A stretch of DNA of 42,930 nucleotides from Promethearchaeota archaeon (GTDB taxonomy: Archaea > Asgardarchaeota > Thorarchaeia > Thorarchaeales > Thorarchaeaceae), in assembly GCA_048937485.1 (NCBI GenBank), contig JBHLND010000002.1, forward strand, positions 7,068 through 49,997, given 5' to 3'. The notes below the pieces were generated by a model. The model made no database searches. It was not told where the DNA came from and was given only the letters and a program-made list of their open reading frames with translations. The position numbers and the translations under genes are program-made. Shown here one piece after another: positions 40,269 through 42,930 of the stretch (position 1 is the stretch's first letter; every line of letters begins with the position of its first letter).

Positions 40269-40769
40269 ATGATTTCAATGGATGAGAGAAAAAAAGTCGA
40301 AGGCATCAGGGTTGTCAAGATAGATGACGGAACTGTCATTGACCACATCAGGGCTGGACACGCTCTAGAAGTATTGAAGATACTCGGAATCACTGGTAGG
40401 GAAGGCTCAGTCATTACTTTGGCTATGAATATCACCAGCTCTAAGATTGGCCGAAAGGACATAGTCAAATTGGAGAAAAGAGCTCTTGAGGATCATGAGG
40501 TAGCCAAAATCGCCTTGGTGGCTCCTGAGGCCACAATCAATCTGATCGAATCTGGCAAGGTAACAAAGAAGATTCATGTTCAGCTACCAGAAACCATTGT
40601 CAGTGTGATTCAGTGTCCGAATCAAAGGTGCGTCACAAACAAGGAACGTGAGCCGATAACGCCCAGATATGAAGTCACATCCAAGGAACCAATCTCCCTG
40701 AAATGCAAGTACTGCTGGACATTGATTGATGAAGAGCAGATAATTTCTCAATTCACAGAAGATCAATGA
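40269..40769 (+). CDS. pyrI: aspartate carbamoyltransferase regulatory chain PyrI
   Basis: VVKIDDGTVIDHIRAGHALEVLKILGI allosteric domain and the zinc domain CPNQRC...LKCKYC. Confidence 0.88.
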   Translation: MISMDERKKVEGIRVVKIDDGTVIDHIRAGHALEVLKILGITGREGSVITLAMNITSSKIGRKDIVKLEKRALEDHEVAKIALVAPEATINLIESGKVTKKIHVQLPETIVSVIQCPNQRCVTNKEREPITPRYEVTSKEPISLKCKYCWTLIDEEQIISQFTEDQ

Positions 40770-40878
40770 TTGACCTTTCTCTCTCTCAGCCGGATGGAAA
40801 CCTTATTTAGAGGACATCTTAAGCAGCACGTCACGCTGCAAGAACTAGAAACAAGGATTGGCTAGAGGCAAATCTAAC

Positions 40879-41202
40879 ATGGTCAGCAACAAAATCGTTG
40901 TTATTGGAGATCGGGATACAGCCACTGGATTCCAGATGGTTGGAGTCAAAGATGTCTATATACCCGGTACTCCTTCAGAAACCCGTGAGATGCTGACCAA
41001 GAACTTCAGAAATCCTGCGACAGGTCTGATCATAATGACTGAAGCTCTTGCAGAAACTGTAGAAGATACTATAATGGAACTGTCCGAAGCTCCTGTTCCT
41101 GTGATTCTTCTGGTCCCTGACCGTGATGGAACGACAGGAACATATGAGGCTGTTCTAAAAGAGTTGATTCGAAGGGCTGTTGGTATAGAAATCAACGTCT
41201 AA
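40879..41202 (+). CDS. atpF: A/V-type ATP synthase subunit F
   Basis: KIVVIGDRDTATGFQMVGVKDVY...GLIIMTEALAE. ATG 40879 has GAGG about 8 nt upstream; the track begins at TTG 40858. Confidence 0.85.
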   Translation: MVSNKIVVIGDRDTATGFQMVGVKDVYIPGTPSETREMLTKNFRNPATGLIIMTEALAETVEDTIMELSEAPVPVILLVPDRDGTTGTYEAVLKELIRRAVGIEINV

Positions 41203-41226
41203 ATCACTTTGATGGAGTTAGCAACG

Positions 41227-42930
41227 ATGGCAAGTGACACAGGAAAGATTGAGAGCATTGCGGGTCCCGTTGTAAGATGCGAAGGACTGCGTTCAGTCCG
41301 AATGTACGAGGTTGTTCGCGTAGGCCACCAGCAACTCATCGGTGAAGTCATTGAGGTTGCGGAGAACACTTGTACTGTGCAATGCTACGAAGAAACCTCA
41401 GGTTTGGCTCCTGGAGAGCCAGTTGAGGCTACCGGTGATTCACTGTCAGTGGAATTAGGGCCGGGTCTTCTTGGCTCCATCTACGACGGTATTCAAAGAC
41501 CACTCCCTGAGCTAAGGGAGATGTCCGGCGACTTCATCTCCAGAGGTCTAACTGTAGAGGGTCTCAACAAGGAGAAGAAGTGGCAATTCAATCCCAAGAT
41601 TAAGGTTGGCGACAAAGTCGAGCCTGGCGATATTATTGGTGAGGTTCCCGAAACCAGCATCATCACTTCGCGAGTCATGATTCCTGTAGGTATTAGGGGT
41701 GAAGTTGTTGAGGTAGTTCCTGCTGGCGAGTATACAGTAGTCGAAACCATTTGCAAAATCAAGGACAGTTATGGTGATGTTCATGAAGTGATCATGATGC
41801 AGAAGACACCAGTACGTGTAGGTCGTTCATTCAAGGAACGAGCTCCAATGGACACTCCACTCGTTACTGGACAGCGTGTGATTGATACATTCATGCCTCA
41901 GGCGAAGGGAGGTACCGGGGCAATTCCTGGTGGTTTTGGCACTGGAAAAACAGTAACTCTTCATCAGTTTGCAAAATGGGCCGATGCACAAGTTGTGGTG
42001 TATGTTGGTTGTGGAGAGAGAGGAAATGAAATGACAGAGGCCCTAGAAGAATGGCCACATCTCAAAGATCCAAAGTCTGGACAACCCCTTATGGAACGGA
42101 CCGTGCTAATTGCAAACACATCAAATATGCCCGTAGCTGCAAGAGAAGCATCAATCTATGTGGCTGTTACACTTGCAGAGTATTTCAGGGACCAAGGTTT
42201 CGATGTTGCTCTGATGGCAGATTCAACGTCTCGCTGGGCTGAGGCTCTTCGAGAAATATCCGGTAGACTTGGACAGCTGCCTTCCGAAGAAGGATATCCC
42301 GCATATCTTGGTTCACGGCTGGCTCAGTTCTATGAAAGAGGCGGAAGAGTCAGAACTTTGGGTTCAGAGGAAAAACTTGGTTCAATCACTCTCTGCGGTG
42401 CAGTTTCGCCTCCTGGAGGGGACTTCTCAGAACCTGTGACGCAAGCAACACTCCGAATTGTAAAGGTGTTTTGGGCACTTGATAAGGATCTCGCGGCGCG
42501 CAGATTCTTTCCAGCCATAAACACACTGACTAGTTACTCATTATATCTGAATACGCTCGAAGAGTGGCACAAGACCAACCTTGGGGCGGATTGGCCCACT
42601 CTAGTGAGAGATGCAATGGCGCTCCTCCAGAAAGATCAGGAACTTCGAGAGATTGTCCAGCTCGTAGGCCCAGATGCTCTCCCAGAATCTGAACGTGCAA
42701 CTCTTGAGGCAGCACGAATGATCAAGGAAGACTTCCTCACACAGAGTGCCCTCCATGAGATTGATACATTCTGTCCCATAGAGAAGACATACCGTATGCT
42801 GCGAATAATTATCAGGTTCGCTGAGAAGATGGCAGAAGCTGTCAGTATGGGGGCCCAGGTGCGACGAATACTCGAATTCAGTGTCTTGGATAATATCGCA
42901 AGAATGAAGATTGCTCCATGGGACGAGTAC
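41227..42930 (+). CDS. atpA: A/V-type ATP synthase catalytic subunit A (3' end truncated by the window edge)
   Basis: Hand-read frame from ATG 41227 (GGAG upstream): MASDTGKIESIAGPVVRCEGL...YDGIQRPL...PGGFGTGKTV (P-loop near 41930)...ADSTSRWAEALREISGRL. The frame stays open to position 42930 (568 codons). It is absent from the ORF track because it is open-ended. Confidence 0.92.
   Translation, partial: MASDTGKIESIAGPVVRCEGLRSVRMYEVVRVGHQQLIGEVIEVAENTCTVQCYEETSGLAPGEPVEATGDSLSVELGPGLLGSIYDGIQRPLPELREMSGDFISRGLTVEGLNKEKKWQFNPKIKVGDKVEPGDIIGEVPETSIITSRVMIPVGIRGEVVEVVPAGEYTVVETICKIKDSYGDVHEVIMMQKTPVRVGRSFKERAPMDTPLVTGQRVIDTFMPQAKGGTGAIPGGFGTGKTVTLHQFAKWADAQVVVYVGCGERGNEMTEALEEWPHLKDPKSGQPLMERTVLIANTSNMPVAAREASIYVAVTLAEYFRDQGFDVALMADSTSRWAEALREISGRLGQLPSEEGYPAYLGSRLAQFYERGGRVRTLGSEEKLGSITLCGAVSPPGGDFSEPVTQATLRIVKVFWALDKDLAARRFFPAINTLTSYSLYLNTLEEWHKTNLGADWPTLVRDAMALLQKDQELREIVQLVGPDALPESERATLEAARMIKEDFLTQSALHEIDTFCPIEKTYRMLRIIIRFAEKMAEAVSMGAQVRRILEFSVLDNIARMKIAPWDEY

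Noticed and set aside
41227-42930. Possible intein in the A-ATPase catalytic subunit, which is common in some archaea
   Set aside because: The P-loop region (PGGFGTGKTV) and the following conserved blocks are contiguous in the hand-read frame, with no insertion or Cys/Ser-His-Asn splice-junction signature in the part of the gene present.
1-42930. tRNA, rRNA, SRP RNA, RNase P RNA, CRISPR arrays, transposases or integrases
   Set aside because: All intergenic gaps are under about 270 nt. None showed a cloverleaf-compatible acceptor and T-arm pattern, regularly spaced direct repeats, or terminal inverted repeats. No ORF has a DDE transposase or tyrosine/serine recombinase motif. This was a scan by eye only; tRNAscan-SE, Infernal and CRISPR finders should confirm it.

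Overview
Archaeal chromosomal segment with about 50 tightly packed protein genes on both strands. By eye I found no rRNA, tRNA, CRISPR array, transposase or integrase. Everything here comes from reading the ORF translations and the raw sequence; no database search was possible.

Housekeeping backbone:
- Translation: ribosomal proteins S8e, L35Ae and L10e, SRP54, a DRG-type GTPase, TrmJ-like and TrmY-like SPOUT methyltransferases, and deoxyhypusine synthase.
- Chromosome: an smc-scpA-scpB condensin operon.
- Energy: ADP-forming acetyl-CoA synthetase alpha and beta, and A/V-type ATPase subunit F plus a partial subunit A.
- Lipid and glycan carriers: geranylgeranyl reductase and a cis-prenyltransferase (UppS).
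- Other: hydrogenase maturation HypA and HypE, an orphan PyrI, a radical-SAM enzyme, two paralogous class-I methyltransferases, a VOC-fold protein and an APH-like kinase.

Most unusual region (14.2-19.3 kb): a Zn-ribbon + vWA + beta-sandwich protein laid out like the N-terminal core of the eukaryotic coat subunits Sec23/24. Next to it is an operon-like run Roadblock-Roadblock-(189 nt spacer)-MglA-type small GTPase-Roadblock. A fourth Roadblock paralogue lies directly upstream of smc. This is a cluster of eukaryotic-signature-type proteins. It suggests an Asgard (Thorarchaeota-like) origin, but that is inference only.

Second region of interest (28.2-33.7 kb): eight consecutive uncharacterised membrane or surface proteins, including a membrane-anchored seven-Asp-box beta-propeller and a 552-aa polytopic protein.

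Other oddities:
- forced TTG starts in smc and srp54
- a transmembrane wHTH regulator
- a HEAT-repeat protein with a histone-H1-like Lys/Ala tail
- a SHOCT-like/PCI-like-WH/Zn-ribbon protein paired with a His-motif orphan
- pyrI without pyrB, placed in front of atpF-atpA
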